From Caldilineales bacterium (GTDB lineage Bacteria; Chloroflexota; Anaerolineae; JAAEKA01), in assembly GCA_025055015.1 (NCBI GenBank), contig JANWYQ010000131.1:1856-65855 (forward strand): a stretch of 64,000 nucleotides of DNA, in the 5' to 3' direction. A program made the position numbers and the translations under genes. A model generated the notes under the pieces. The model had not been told where the DNA came from. It was given only the letters and a program-made list of their open reading frames with translations, and did no database searches. Numbering within the stretch: the stretch's first letter is position 1; every line of letters starts with the position of its first letter. Positions 39,871 through 50,169 of this stretch are shown piece by piece.

Positions 39871-41277
39871 ATGCTCTCGTCGTCCCCCTATCAAACGTCC
39901 CCCCAACAGATCGCCCAGTGGCTGGAGGCCGGCCCCAGCGAGACCCTGGCCTTTCTGCCGGAGACGGCCAGCCCGCGGCGCCTGGCCGAGACCCTGGTGG
40001 CCCTGGCCAACGGGCACGGCGGCGCGCTGGTGCTGGGGGTATCCTCCGGCGGCCGGCTGAGCGGCCTCGCTTCCCCGCGCGAGGCCCAGGATCGGGCCAT
40101 CGCCGCGGCCCTGATGGCCGATCCGCCCCTGGTGCTCCCCCTGCCGGAGGTGGTGTCGGTGGACGGCGTGGCGGTGTGCGTGGTGCACGTGCCGCCCGGC
40201 CTGCCCCACGCCTACAGCCTCAAGGGCCAGTACTTAACGCGGACAGGGAGCGAGAACCGGCCGTTGACCACGCCGGAGCTGCGCAGCCTGCTGATGGCGC
40301 GCGGCTCCGTGAGCTTCGAGTCGCTCCCCGTGCACGAGGCCACGCGCGAGGACCTGGACGATGCCCAGGTAGCCCAGTACATGGAGCGGCTGTCCGGCCT
40401 CACGGCCACCTCCCTCTCCGCCGCGCTGCTCACCCGTGGCTGCCTGAAGCCGGCGGAGCCGGGCCGCTTCGTGCCCACCTACGCCGGCCTCCTGCTCTTC
40501 GGCCGCAACCCGCAGCAGTTCCTGCCCTCGGCCGAGATCATCGCCGTGCGCTATGCCGGCGCCACCATGGGCGACGAGTTCGTGCGCGAGGACATTCGCG
40601 GCACGCTGCCGCAGCAGATCCGCCGCGCCGAGGCCTTCATCGCCGCCAACATGCGCCGGGGCTGGCGCATCCGCAGCTTCGAGCGCGAGGAGGTGACCGA
40701 GTACCCCCTGGCGGTGGCGCGCGAGGCGGTGGTGAACGCCGTGGCTCATCGGGACTACGGCGTGCGCGGGGACAGCATCCGCCTGCTGATGTTCAGCAAC
40801 CGCATGGAGGTCTACAGCCCCGGCCGGCTGCCCGGCCACGTCACCCTGGACAACCTGGTGACCGAGCGCTTCAGCCGCAACGAGGTGATCGTGCAGGTGC
40901 TCAGCGACCTGGGGTTCATCGAGCGGCTGGGCTACGGCATTGATCGCATGATAGCGGCCATGCAGGAGGCCGGCCTGCCCGCGCCCCGCTTCGAGGAGAC
41001 GGCCAACGGCTTTCGGGTCACCCTGTACGGCCACGGCGAGGCGTTGGTGAGCGCCAAGCCGGAGGCGCAGCGGTGGGGCAACGTGATGCTCAACCCCCGG
41101 CAGGAGCAGGCCCTGGCCTACGTGCTGGAGCACGGCCGCATCACCAACAGCGCATTTCAGGCCCTGTGCCCCGACGTCAGCCCGGAGACCATCCGCCGCG
41201 ACCTAGCCGACCTGGTGGAAAAGGACCTGCTGATCAAGATTGGCGAGAAACGGGCAACGTACTACATCCTGAAGTAG
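39871..41277 (+). CDS. AlbA_2 (Schlafen-like) + HATPase_c_4 domain protein, putative transcriptional regulator/ATP-binding protein
   Basis: N-terminal [10 protein letters not shown]...[13 protein letters not shown] (AlbA_2) and C-terminal wHTH ([29 protein letters not shown]). Confidence 0.7.
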   Translation: MLSSSPYQTSPQQIAQWLEAGPSETLAFLPETASPRRLAETLVALANGHGGALVLGVSSGGRLSGLASPREAQDRAIAAALMADPPLVLPLPEVVSVDGVAVCVVHVPPGLPHAYSLKGQYLTRTGSENRPLTTPELRSLLMARGSVSFESLPVHEATREDLDDAQVAQYMERLSGLTATSLSAALLTRGCLKPAEPGRFVPTYAGLLLFGRNPQQFLPSAEIIAVRYAGATMGDEFVREDIRGTLPQQIRRAEAFIAANMRRGWRIRSFEREEVTEYPLAVAREAVVNAVAHRDYGVRGDSIRLLMFSNRMEVYSPGRLPGHVTLDNLVTERFSRNEVIVQVLSDLGFIERLGYGIDRMIAAMQEAGLPAPRFEETANGFRVTLYGHGEALVSAKPEAQRWGNVMLNPRQEQALAYVLEHGRITNSAFQALCPDVSPETIRRDLADLVEKDLLIKIGEKRATYYILK

Positions 41278-41475
41278 GACCGGCGGCCGGACGACGGTTA
41301 GGCGGTCCGACCGCAGGACGCCAGGCCCGGCCACTTTCGCAGTAGTGTACGGCCTGTCGCCGCGGCCCGGACGGCTCGGCGCCGTTGGCGGGCAGTCGAG
41401 CAGCCGGCTGTCGCCGCAGGTTCGTGTAGCAGCTAGGCGAGACCGTTGGCTTCCGCCCAGCGCTGCGGCCGACCA

Positions 41476-41542
41476 CTATCCCACAGATTTCCCACACTAT
41501 CCCACAACTATCCCACACGGCCCGGAGGCCGGTGTGGGATAC
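41476..41542. repeat. array of four direct TATCCCACA repeats plus one inverted copy (hairpin) upstream of the saccharopine operon
   Basis: ctatcccacag..tttcccacac tatcccacaac tatcccacacggcccggaggccggtgtgggata. Confidence 0.7.
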
Positions 41543-41575
41543 GCGCAAAGCGATCGAGGAGCCGATCTCATGCTG

Positions 41576-42895
41576 CGTTGCATCGGTGTGCGCCGCGAGG
41601 ACAAGAGCGTCTGGGAACGCCGGACGCCGGTGACGCCGTCTGTAGCCAGGCAGCTGGTCCAGGAGCACGGCATCGAGGTGGTGGTGCAGCCATCGCCCAC
41701 CCGCGCCTTCTCGGCGGCCGAGTTCCAGCAGGCCGGCGCGGCGGTGGAGGAGAGCCTGAGCCGTTGTCCGGTGGTCTTCGGCATCAAGGAGATCCCGCCG
41801 GCCGCCCTGGAGCCGGGCAAGGCCTACGCCTTCTTCGCCCACGTGATCAAGGGGCAGCCCTACAACATGCCCATGCTGCGGCGCCTCTTGGAGCTGGGCT
41901 GCACCCTGATTGACTACGAGCGCATCGTGGACGACCAGGGCCGGCGGCTGATCTTCTTCGGCTGGCACGCCGGGGTGGCCGGCGCGCTGGAGACCCTTTG
42001 GGCCCTGGGCCGGCGGCTGGCCTGGCAGGGCATCCCCACGCCGTTCACCCAGCTGCGCCACGCCTACGAGTACCATGACATCGCCGAGGCGAAGGCAGCG
42101 GTGCTGGCGGTGGCCGACCAGGTGCGCCAAGAGGGGCTGCCTCCGGCCATCCTTCCCCTCACCGTCGGGGTGGTCGGCTATGGGAACGTGGCGCGCGGGG
42201 TGTGGGAGGTGCTGAACCTGCTGCCCATTCAGCGCGTGGAGCCGGCGGACCTGCTGGCCGGTCTGCCGGAGGCCGCGCCGGGGACCGATCCCCGTCGCAC
42301 CATCTACGCGGCCACCTTCCGCGAGGAGCACACCGTCCGGCCGGACGATCCGACCCAGCCCTTCGACCTGCAGCACTACTACGCGCACGGCCACCTCTAC
42401 CGCGGCGCGTTCGAATCCTACCTGCCGGCGCTGAGCGTGGTGATCAACGCCGTCTACTGGGACGCCCGCTACCCGCGGCTGGTGACGAAGGAGGGGCTGC
42501 GCCGCCTGTTCGCGGCCGGGCCGGTGAAGCTGCAGGTGATCGGCGACATCAGCTGCGACATCGAGGGCGCCATGGAGTGCACGGTGAAGGCTACCGAGCC
42601 GGGCGAGCCCAACTACGTCTACAACCCGCTGACCGGCCAGGTGGTGGACGGCGTGGAGGGAGAGGGCGTGGTGGTCATGGCGGTGGACATCCTGCCCAGC
42701 GAGCTGCCGCGGGACGCGTCGGAGGACTTCAGCCGCGCCCTGGCGCCCTTCATCCCGGCCCTGGTGTCCGCCGACTACAGCGCCCCCTTCGAGGCGCTGG
42801 CGCTGCCGCCGGAGATCAAGCGCGCGGTCATCGCCCACCGAGGAGAGCTGACGCCCGCCTATCGGTACCTGGAGCAGCACCTAAGCGCCGTCTGA
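41576..42895 (+). CDS. saccharopine dehydrogenase (L-lysine-forming) / lysine-ketoglutarate reductase, AlaDH/PNT fold
   Basis: AlaDh_PNT N- and C-domains (VGVVGYGNVARG Rossmann). Similar to LKR/LYS1. Confidence 0.75.
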   Translation, partial: RCIGVRREDKSVWERRTPVTPSVARQLVQEHGIEVVVQPSPTRAFSAAEFQQAGAAVEESLSRCPVVFGIKEIPPAALEPGKAYAFFAHVIKGQPYNMPMLRRLLELGCTLIDYERIVDDQGRRLIFFGWHAGVAGALETLWALGRRLAWQGIPTPFTQLRHAYEYHDIAEAKAAVLAVADQVRQEGLPPAILPLTVGVVGYGNVARGVWEVLNLLPIQRVEPADLLAGLPEAAPGTDPRRTIYAATFREEHTVRPDDPTQPFDLQHYYAHGHLYRGAFESYLPALSVVINAVYWDARYPRLVTKEGLRRLFAAGPVKLQVIGDISCDIEGAMECTVKATEPGEPNYVYNPLTGQVVDGVEGEGVVVMAVDILPSELPRDASEDFSRALAPFIPALVSADYSAPFEALALPPEIKRAVIAHRGELTPAYRYLEQHLSAV

Positions 42896-43001
42896 ACCGC
42901 CATCGGCCGCCCGGCCGACCCGCGGCCGACCGGCCACGCCTTATCTGCTGCCCCGGCGCCCGCCGGGCCCAAGCCATGCAGTGCAATCGAGGAGTTGTCC
43001 C

Positions 43002-44336
43002 ATGAAACGCGTCCTGGTTCTCGGCGCCGGCATGGTGGCCGGCGCGCACGTGGAGTACCTGCTCAACCAGCCTGACTTTCAGGTCACCGTCGCCAGCCGC
43101 ACCGTGAGCAAGGCCCAGGCCCTGGTGGGAGACCACCCGCACGGCCGCGCGCTGGCCGTCAACTCCGACGACCTGGGGGCGGTGGAGGCGCTGGTGGCCG
43201 AGCACGACCTGACGGTCAGCCTGTTGCCCTGGGCGTATCACCCGGCCGTCGCACGCTTGTGCGTGAAGCACGGCAAACACATGGTCACTACGTCCTACGT
43301 GAAGGAGCCCATGGCGCAGCTCGACCAGGCCGCCAAGGCCGCTGGCGTGATCTTGCTCAACGAGATCGGCGTGGACCCCGGCATTGACCACATGACCGCC
43401 ATGCGCATCTTCCACCGGGTGTGGGCCCAGGGCGGCCGCATCACTCGCTTCGTCTCCTGGTGCGGCGGCCTGCCGGCGCCGGAGGCCAACACCAACCCCT
43501 TCGGCTACAAGTTCTCCTGGAGCCCCCGCGGGGTGCTGCTGGCCGGCAAGAACTCCGCCCACTACCTGTGGGACGGACAGGAGGTGGTGATCCCGGGCGA
43601 GGAGCTCTTCGACCACTACTGGACGGTGCCGGTGGAGGTGGAGGGCAAGGTGATGAACTTCGACGGCTATCCCAACCGGGACAGCCTGCCCTACATGCGC
43701 ACCTACGGCGTGGAGAACCCCCTAACCTTCTTCCGCGGCACCTTGCGCTATCCCGGCTGGTGCCAGACCCTGCGCAAGATCGCCGACCTGGGCTTGCTGA
43801 GCGAGGAGCCCATGTCGGGCCTGGCGGGGATGACCTTCGCCCGGTTCACGGCGCGGCTGATCGGCAGCGAGGGACACCGCCTGCGTGCAGCTCTGGCGGC
43901 GTTCCTGAACTTGCCCCTGGACTCGCCGGTGCTGGACAACCTGGAGTGGCTGGGGCTGCTGAGCGACGATCCCCTGCCGGTGAGCGGCGACGCGGCCGCG
44001 CCCATCGACATCCTCACCGCACGCATGTTGGAGAAAATGCAATACGCGGCGGGTGAGCGGGATATGCTCATCCTGCAGCACCAGATCGAGGCCGTCTACC
44101 CCGACCGAACGGAGCGCATCACCTCCACCATGGTGGACTTCGGCATCCCCCACGGCCACACCAGCATGGCGCGCACCGTGGGCCTGCCCGCGGCCATCGC
44201 CGTCAAGATGATCCTCAACGGCCAGCTCGACCTCACGGGCGTGCAGATCCCGGTGGTGCCGGCGATCTACGAGCCGGTGCTGAACGAGCTGGAGGAGTTG
44301 GGCATCCGCTTCGTGGAGACGTTCGAGACGGCATGA
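43002..44336 (+). CDS. saccharopine dehydrogenase (NADP+, L-glutamate-forming), Sacchrp_dh family
   Basis: MKRVLVLGAGMVAG Rossmann and Sacchrp_dh_C region. GAGGAG ribosome-binding site. Confidence 0.75.
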   Translation: MKRVLVLGAGMVAGAHVEYLLNQPDFQVTVASRTVSKAQALVGDHPHGRALAVNSDDLGAVEALVAEHDLTVSLLPWAYHPAVARLCVKHGKHMVTTSYVKEPMAQLDQAAKAAGVILLNEIGVDPGIDHMTAMRIFHRVWAQGGRITRFVSWCGGLPAPEANTNPFGYKFSWSPRGVLLAGKNSAHYLWDGQEVVIPGEELFDHYWTVPVEVEGKVMNFDGYPNRDSLPYMRTYGVENPLTFFRGTLRYPGWCQTLRKIADLGLLSEEPMSGLAGMTFARFTARLIGSEGHRLRAALAAFLNLPLDSPVLDNLEWLGLLSDDPLPVSGDAAAPIDILTARMLEKMQYAAGERDMLILQHQIEAVYPDRTERITSTMVDFGIPHGHTSMARTVGLPAAIAVKMILNGQLDLTGVQIPVVPAIYEPVLNELEELGIRFVETFETA

Positions 44337-44389
44337 TCCTGGCCCTCCCTTTCCCGACGAACCCACGTCGCCCGTGAAACGAGGTCTTT

Positions 44390-45226
44390 GTGTTCTTCTG
44401 TTTACCGGCTCCTATCTCGGCAGGCGCTTCGTCCCTTGGTTTCCCAGCGTTTCCTTCCTCTCTGGCTCCCCTCGACCTCCTCTGGATCGCCCTGGCTGCG
44501 GTGGGCGCAGGCCTGGTCAACGCCATAGCCGGTGGCGGCACCCTCATCTCCTTTCCGGCCTTGATGGCGGTGGGCGTGCCTGCGGTGGCCTCCAACGTCA
44601 CCAACACGGTGGCTCTGGTGCCGGGTTACCTGGGCGCCACCTTTGCCCAGGCCCGGGACCTGCGCGGGCAGGAGCGGCGCCTGCGCCTGCTGGTCCCTGC
44701 GGCCATGCTGGGTGGGCTGGCGGGCAGCGTGTTGTTGCTCAGCACCAGCGAACGCCTCTTTCGGCAGCTGGTGCCCTGGCTGATCCTGTTGGCCTGTGGG
44801 CTGCTGGCCAGCCAAGAGCGGGTGCGGCGCTGGGCGGCGGCCCGCAGCGCCGGGAACCCCAACCCCGCGCCGAAGGCCGGCGCGTGGGCGGCGCTGCCGG
44901 TGTTCGCTGCAGCCATCTACGGCGGCTACTTCGGCGCCGGGCTCAGCGTGATCATCTTGGCCGTCTTGGCGTTGATGTACGACGACAACCTAACGCGGCT
45001 CAACGGCCTCAAGCAGGCGCTGGCCTTCGCCACTAACGTCGCCGCCGCAGGGCTCTTCCTGTTCTCCGGTCGCGTCGTGTGGCCGGCTGCCGCCGTGATG
45101 GCCGTGGGCGCGCTGGCGGGGGGAGCCCTGGGCGGCCGGCTGGCCAGCAGTATCCCCCCGGCCGTCCTGCGTCGAGTGGTGGTGAGCCTGGGCGTGGTAG
45201 TGGCCCTGGTGTACCTCGTGCGCTGA
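44390..45226 (+). CDS. TSUP family (TauE/SafE) anion exporter
   Basis: Two-repeat TSUP topology ([24 protein letters not shown]). The true start is probably downstream of 44390 (non-ATG). Confidence 0.6.
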   Translation: MFFCLPAPISAGASSLGFPAFPSSLAPLDLLWIALAAVGAGLVNAIAGGGTLISFPALMAVGVPAVASNVTNTVALVPGYLGATFAQARDLRGQERRLRLLVPAAMLGGLAGSVLLLSTSERLFRQLVPWLILLACGLLASQERVRRWAAARSAGNPNPAPKAGAWAALPVFAAAIYGGYFGAGLSVIILAVLALMYDDNLTRLNGLKQALAFATNVAAAGLFLFSGRVVWPAAAVMAVGALAGGALGGRLASSIPPAVLRRVVVSLGVVVALVYLVR

Positions 45227-45267
45227 GCGCGCCGGCATCTTTGAGTTTTCGAGCACGATCACGGTCT

Positions 45268-46974
45268 ATGTCCGCTTCGAGCCTGTCTTCTGTCCCCTCT
45301 TTGCCTCCCCTATCAAGGCGCAGTGAACGCTGGCTGACCGCGGGGCTGGTATTGCTGAGCCTCGTGTTGCATCTGTTCTTCGTGCGCGGGCCGCGCGTGG
45401 TGTGGGGCGACGAGCCCTTCTACCTGTGGCTGGGACACAACCTGGTCACGGGCCGCGGCTACCAGTTCGTGGGCTTCAACGACGTCCACCATCCTCCCCT
45501 GTTTCCGCTGCTGGCCGGCCTGCTCTATCTGGCGGTGGGCAGCCTGGAGCAAGCCAGCAACGTGGTGTACGTGGTGCTCGGCAGCTTGTTGGTGCTGCCG
45601 ATGGCAGGCATCGGCCGGCGGATGTATGGACCGTGGGCCGGGCTTTTCGTCGGCCTGTTGACCGCCCTGTGGCCGGTCTTCAACGCAGCGGTGCCCTGGT
45701 GGGGCACCATGACCGAGCCGCCCTTCTTCTTCTTCGTGGCGCTGGGGCTGTGGGCAGCGGTCGAGGTCGCGTCCGCCGACACGGCCGCAGGCCGGCCATC
45801 CCCGGCGACGCACGCTGTCGGCAGCCGCCGCTGGCTGGTCCTCTGGTGGCTGGCCGGGCTCGCCTTCGGCCTGGCCTATCTCACCCGGCCGGAGGGGATT
45901 TGGTACGTGGCGACGGTGGGGTTGGCGCTGCTGGCCGTGGCCTGGTTGACTCGGCAGCCGCTGCGGCACTGGCTGTCCGGCGCCCTGCTCTACGCGTTGG
46001 GCTTCGCGCTCTGCTTCGGCCCCTACGCCGTCTACACGCGCGTCCACACCGGCGCCTGGATGGTGAGCCAGAAGGTGGGCATCACCTTCCAGGACTCCCT
46101 GGCCCTGGCCCGCAACGACCTGGCCGAGCACGACCGCATCCTTTGGCAGCTAGACTCCACCGGCGAGCGGGTCTTCTTCTTCAGCGAGGAGAGCTTCCAC
46201 CTCTCCATGCTGGACGCGATCCGCGCCAATCCCCGGCGCTACGCCGGCCTGGTGTATCTGAACGTCCGCTCCCTGCTGGGGAGGTTTTTCACGGTTCAGG
46301 GCTTTCTGCCTGCGCTGCTGCCGCTGTTGGGCCTAGGGCTCTTCGGCTTGGCCTGGGATCGTCGGCGACTGCGGGGAGAGGCGGTGCTGCTGGCCGGCCT
46401 GCTGCCGCCCCTCACCTTCCTGCTCTTCTTCATCTTCGAGCGGTACGTGGCGCCGCTCTTATTGCCGCTGCTGATCTGGACCGGCCTGGGCGCGGCCTTG
46501 CTCTGCCGATGGGCGCGAGAGACGGCGGCCAACCTGCTGCCGAGGCTGGGGCGCCGCAGCCTGGCCGTGGCGACAGCGCTGCCGGCCCTGGCGCTGGTGG
46601 CCATCTTGGCGATCGCCCACCCGGAGACGCTGCGCGCCGTCCGGGCGACCCAAGCCTTCCGGGCAGAGCACCGCGCGGCCGGCGAATGGCTGGCGGCCAA
46701 CGCGCCGGCCGACGCCGTGGTCATGGCCCGCTACCCGGCCATCGCCTTCCACGCCAACCGATATTGGCTCCCCAGCCCCAACAGCGACTACGCAGCCGCC
46801 CTGCGCTATGCCGCAGCCAACGGCGCCGACTACTGGGTGATGGACGGCAACGAGCGCGCCTGGCGGCCGCAGCTGGCCTTCCTCTTCGAAGATCGCCCAC
46901 CGCCCGAGCTGGAGCTGGTCTATCGCGTTCCGACGGCAGGCCAGCCGGTGTTGGTGTATCGCGTTCTGCCGTGA
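45268..46974 (+). CDS. GT-C family glycosyltransferase (PMT_2/ArnT-like)
   Basis: VWGDEPFY DE motif in the first loop and about 11 TM helices. Confidence 0.7.
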   Translation: MSASSLSSVPSLPPLSRRSERWLTAGLVLLSLVLHLFFVRGPRVVWGDEPFYLWLGHNLVTGRGYQFVGFNDVHHPPLFPLLAGLLYLAVGSLEQASNVVYVVLGSLLVLPMAGIGRRMYGPWAGLFVGLLTALWPVFNAAVPWWGTMTEPPFFFFVALGLWAAVEVASADTAAGRPSPATHAVGSRRWLVLWWLAGLAFGLAYLTRPEGIWYVATVGLALLAVAWLTRQPLRHWLSGALLYALGFALCFGPYAVYTRVHTGAWMVSQKVGITFQDSLALARNDLAEHDRILWQLDSTGERVFFFSEESFHLSMLDAIRANPRRYAGLVYLNVRSLLGRFFTVQGFLPALLPLLGLGLFGLAWDRRRLRGEAVLLAGLLPPLTFLLFFIFERYVAPLLLPLLIWTGLGAALLCRWARETAANLLPRLGRRSLAVATALPALALVAILAIAHPETLRAVRATQAFRAEHRAAGEWLAANAPADAVVMARYPAIAFHANRYWLPSPNSDYAAALRYAAANGADYWVMDGNERAWRPQLAFLFEDRPPPELELVYRVPTAGQPVLVYRVLP

Positions 46975-47061
46975 AAGCCACCATGGGTTGGCCGCCGCGC
47001 GTGGACATGATATAATCGTTGGCGCATTCTGGCCTGACCATTCCTCTCAGAGGAGCACGCT

Positions 47062-47931
47062 ATGGACCCTGTGTTGTTCTCCATCGGCCCCTTCACCGTG
47101 CACTGGTACGGCGTCTTGATCGTGATCGGGGCCGTGGCTGGCGCCTTCGTAGCCACCAAGGAGGCCGCTCGCCGCGGGGAAGATCCCGAGCACGTGTGGA
47201 ACCTGCTGGTGTGGGTGCTGATCTTGGGCATCATCGGCGCGCGGCTGTACCACGTCTTCTCCAACCCCGTGGGTGGGGTCGGCTGGAGCTACTACCGAGA
47301 GCATCCGCTGGACATCATCAACTTCTGGTCCGGCGGCTTTCGCGGGCTGGGCATCTACGGCGCTATCCTGGGCGGGCTGATCGCGGTGGTCATCTACACC
47401 CGCCGCCACGGCCTGAGCCTGCCGCGCTGGGTGGACATCGTCACCCCCGGCCTGCTGCTGGGCCAGACCATCGGCCGCTTCGGCAACTACGTCAACCAAG
47501 AGCTCTACGGCCCGCCCACCACCCTGCCGTGGGGCTTCAAGATCAACCCCAACTACCCCTTCATGACTCCCACCGAGATGATCGGTCGGCCCCAGGAGGA
47601 GGTCCTGGCCTACGTCGCGGCCACCCGCTTCCATCCCACCTTCTTCTACGAGGCGCTGTGGAACTTCGTCGGCTTCCTGCTGGTGATGGTCTTCGGCCGC
47701 AAGCTGGCCCCCAAGCTGCGCGACGGCGACATCTTCCTCTTCTACCTCATCTGGTACGGCGTCGGCCGCTTTTGGGTGGAGATGTTCCGGCCCGACGCCT
47801 GGCGCAGCGGCATTCTCAACCTGGCCACGGCCCAGGTGATCGCGCTGGCGCTGGTGATCATCGGTGGGGTGGGCATCTTCCTGCGCCATCGCGGCTGGCA
47901 GCCTTCGTCCCCTTCGGAGGCTGCGCCATGA
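47062..47931 (+). CDS. lgt: prolipoprotein diacylglyceryl transferase
   Basis: Lgt signature (FTVHWYGVL, GARLYHV, LGQTIGRFGNYVNQELYG). Confidence 0.9.
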   Translation: MDPVLFSIGPFTVHWYGVLIVIGAVAGAFVATKEAARRGEDPEHVWNLLVWVLILGIIGARLYHVFSNPVGGVGWSYYREHPLDIINFWSGGFRGLGIYGAILGGLIAVVIYTRRHGLSLPRWVDIVTPGLLLGQTIGRFGNYVNQELYGPPTTLPWGFKINPNYPFMTPTEMIGRPQEEVLAYVAATRFHPTFFYEALWNFVGFLLVMVFGRKLAPKLRDGDIFLFYLIWYGVGRFWVEMFRPDAWRSGILNLATAQVIALALVIIGGVGIFLRHRGWQPSSPSEAAP

Positions 47932-48326
47932 CCAGCGAGCCCCTGGACCTATCCGGCGGCCTCTTGCGGCGGCTGGAGGAGCGGGCGCGCGCCGCCGTGA
48001 TGGCGGTGACCGGCGGCGGCCGCAGCAGCGAGCTGGTGGAGGTCTACCGCGCGGCCAACGAGCTAGAGGCGCAGGTGGTTAAGGGGCTGCTGGAGACCAA
48101 CGACATCCCGGTGTTGCTCCAGGGGGAGAGCCTGCGCACGGCCCTGGCGGTGACGGTGGGTCCCTTGGCCGAGGTGCGGGTGTTGGTGCCGGCGCCGCTG
48201 GCCGAGCAGGCACAGGCGCTGTTGGCCCAGCACGGGGAGGAGGACCTGGCCGACCAGGCGGAGGAACCGCCGGACGATGCGATAGAGGGCGGGCTACTGT
48301 CGGCCGACGGGGAGGAGCCGATCTGA
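47928..48326 (+). CDS. DUF2007 (putative signal-transducing) protein
   Basis: EVYRAANELEAQVVKGLLETNDIPVLL core. ATG overlaps the lgt stop. Confidence 0.55.
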   Translation: MTSEPLDLSGGLLRRLEERARAAVMAVTGGGRSSELVEVYRAANELEAQVVKGLLETNDIPVLLQGESLRTALAVTVGPLAEVRVLVPAPLAEQAQALLAQHGEEDLADQAEEPPDDAIEGGLLSADGEEPI

Positions 48327-48387
48327 GCCGGCCTTGCCGAGGGTCCAGGCCTTGGACGGGTGTGCACGGATGACCGGCTGAAGCCTC

Positions 48388-48458
48388 GAGTCCGTGTGGG
48401 GAGGACGAGGAATGAGAGGAATGAGCCGAGAGTCCGTGTGGGGAGGACGAGGAATGAG
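48388..48458. repeat. two identical 29-bp direct repeats, 42-bp period
   Basis: gagtccgtgtggggaggacgaggaatgag occurs at 48388 and 48430. Only two copies, so not a CRISPR array. Confidence 0.8.
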
Positions 48459-48614
48459 CCGAGGGTCGAGGCCTTGGGCGGTGGTTTCGATCATGGGCGG
48501 CGTCGAGGCTTGAGCCAGTGGGCTTCGAAAGCCGCCGGTCATCGAGTCTTGGCACCACTGGGCTTTGCCAGCCTCCCTTGGGGACCTGCGCCCTGCGGAG
48601 AACGTCCTTCCCCT

Positions 48615-48642
48615 TTGACAAAACCGTCAATGCTCTTATAAT
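48615..48642 (+). promoter_or_regulatory. consensus sigma70 promoter upstream of blaI-like gene
   Basis: TTGACA-16nt-TATAAT, about 85 nt before ATG 48728. Confidence 0.6.
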
Positions 48643-48727
48643 GCGTAAGACTTAAGCAGAGAGGGCAGGCCGACGGGAGCGCGCAGGCATCAACCGGCGC
48701 TCCTCGAGTCGTTCCGTCGAGAAACCC

Positions 48728-49189
48728 ATGACCACCAATCGCAGCTTACCGGTCCACACCTTTCGCATCAACCAGGCCGGCATGGCGCGCGTCTTCGGCG
48801 AGCTGGAGGCGCAGGTCATGGAGGCCGTGTGGGCGTTGGAGGAGCCGACGGTCCAGGCGGTGTGCGATTATCTGGGCCCCGATCACCACTACAAGACGGT
48901 GATGACCGTGTTGAACCGCCTGGTGGCCAAGGGCGTTCTCACTCGTCAGCGCCGCTCCCGCGCCTTCGTCTACGTGCCCCGCCAGAGCCGCGAGGCCTTC
49001 CTCAGCCGGGTGGCCCAGGCCATCATCGGCGGCCTGGTGCGAGACTTCGGCAGCCTGGCCGTGGCCCAGTTCGTCGAGGCGCTGGACGAGGTGGACCCCC
49101 AGCAGCTGGAGGAGCTGGAGCGCCTGGTGCAGGAGCGTCGGCGCAGCCGGAGCGGCGCCGGAGAGGTTGGCCATGCGTCTGCGAGCTAG
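48728..49189 (+). CDS. BlaI/MecI/CopY family transcriptional repressor
   Basis: Winged helix of the penicillinase repressor family (LEAQVMEAVW...PTVQAV...TVMTVLNRLVAKGVL). Confidence 0.8.
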   Translation: MTTNRSLPVHTFRINQAGMARVFGELEAQVMEAVWALEEPTVQAVCDYLGPDHHYKTVMTVLNRLVAKGVLTRQRRSRAFVYVPRQSREAFLSRVAQAIIGGLVRDFGSLAVAQFVEALDEVDPQQLEELERLVQERRRSRSGAGEVGHASAS

Positions 49190-50138
49190 CGCCGCGCAGG
49201 CCTTCTGGGGCCTGGTGGTCGTGGCAGTGGGCGCCGTGGTCGGCCTGGCGACGCTGGTGGCGTGGCAGGCGCCGGTGCTCGCGGCCGGCGTCTGGCAGGC
49301 ATGCGCCGACGCGGCAGTGGCCGTAGCCGGTCTACTGCCTGCCCTCGGCTTGGTCCTGCCGACGGCGCTGCTGGCCGGCGGCGTCGCGGCAGCCTTGGGC
49401 GTGGCCATCCTCCAGCTCTATCACACCCGTCGGCTGGAGAGGTGGGTGCGGGCCCGCCGTGTGCCCTGGCCGGCTCCCTTAGCCGAGGCCCTGGCCGACT
49501 TCGAGCCGGACCAGCGCACCCTGCTGGTTGACGATCTTGCGCCCTACACCTTCACGCTCGGGCTGCGCCGGCCGCACGTGTGGGTGAGCGCCGGATTGGT
49601 GGAAGCCCTGGACCCCGCCGAGCTGCAAGCCGTGCTGCGCCATGAGCGTCATCACCTGTGGCGCCGTGATCCCCTGCGGGTGTTCGTGAGCCGATGCCTG
49701 GCGCGGCTGGCCTTCTTCGTGCCCATGGCGCCAGCCCTGCGGGACGCCTACCTGGTGGCCAAGGAGGTGGAGGCCGACGCCGCCAGCGGCGCCGACGATG
49801 CGTTGGCCGCGGCCCTGCTGAAGCTGCTGCGCAGCGGCCCTCGGCTGCCCGTCCCGGCCCATCTGGCGGCTATCGGCCCTGTGGACGCCACCGCCGCGCG
49901 CATCCAGCGGCTGGCAGCGGGCCAGGGCCGACTCCAGCCCACCGGCGTGCGGCGTCCCCGGATCCTGACCAGCCTGGCGGTTGCTTTGGCGTTGGTGGCC
50001 GTCAGCTACTTCTCCACGGCCCGCACGGCCGGGCCCCTGGCCGACAACGAGTGCGGCTACAGCGCCGCGCCGGCCCGCGCGGCGGTTTGGCAAACACCGG
50101 CCAGCTGGCAAACGGCTAGCCTTGCCGGTCGCCCTTGA
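49167..50138 (+). CDS. BlaR1/MecR1-like M56 family membrane metalloprotease (no C-terminal sensor domain)
   Basis: TM helices plus HERHH (HExxH) zinc motif. Overlaps the blaI-like gene. Confidence 0.7.
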   Translation: MAMRLRASAAQAFWGLVVVAVGAVVGLATLVAWQAPVLAAGVWQACADAAVAVAGLLPALGLVLPTALLAGGVAAALGVAILQLYHTRRLERWVRARRVPWPAPLAEALADFEPDQRTLLVDDLAPYTFTLGLRRPHVWVSAGLVEALDPAELQAVLRHERHHLWRRDPLRVFVSRCLARLAFFVPMAPALRDAYLVAKEVEADAASGADDALAAALLKLLRSGPRLPVPAHLAAIGPVDATAARIQRLAAGQGRLQPTGVRRPRILTSLAVALALVAVSYFSTARTAGPLADNECGYSAAPARAAVWQTPASWQTASLAGRP

Positions 50139-50169
50139 CCGATCTCTCGTAGAAAGAGTTGGACACGCG

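Noticed and set aside
39871-41277. AlbA_2/HATPase protein as a phage-defence component
   Set aside because: This architecture is widespread as a putative transcriptional regulator and there are no neighbouring defence-type genes (nucleases, methyltransferases, toxins).
48388-48458. Possible CRISPR array, and small ORF 48360..48641
   Set aside because: There are only two repeat copies, no further spacers and no cas genes. The 93-aa ORF is an artefact of translating the repeat (duplicated peptide RVRVGRTRNE).
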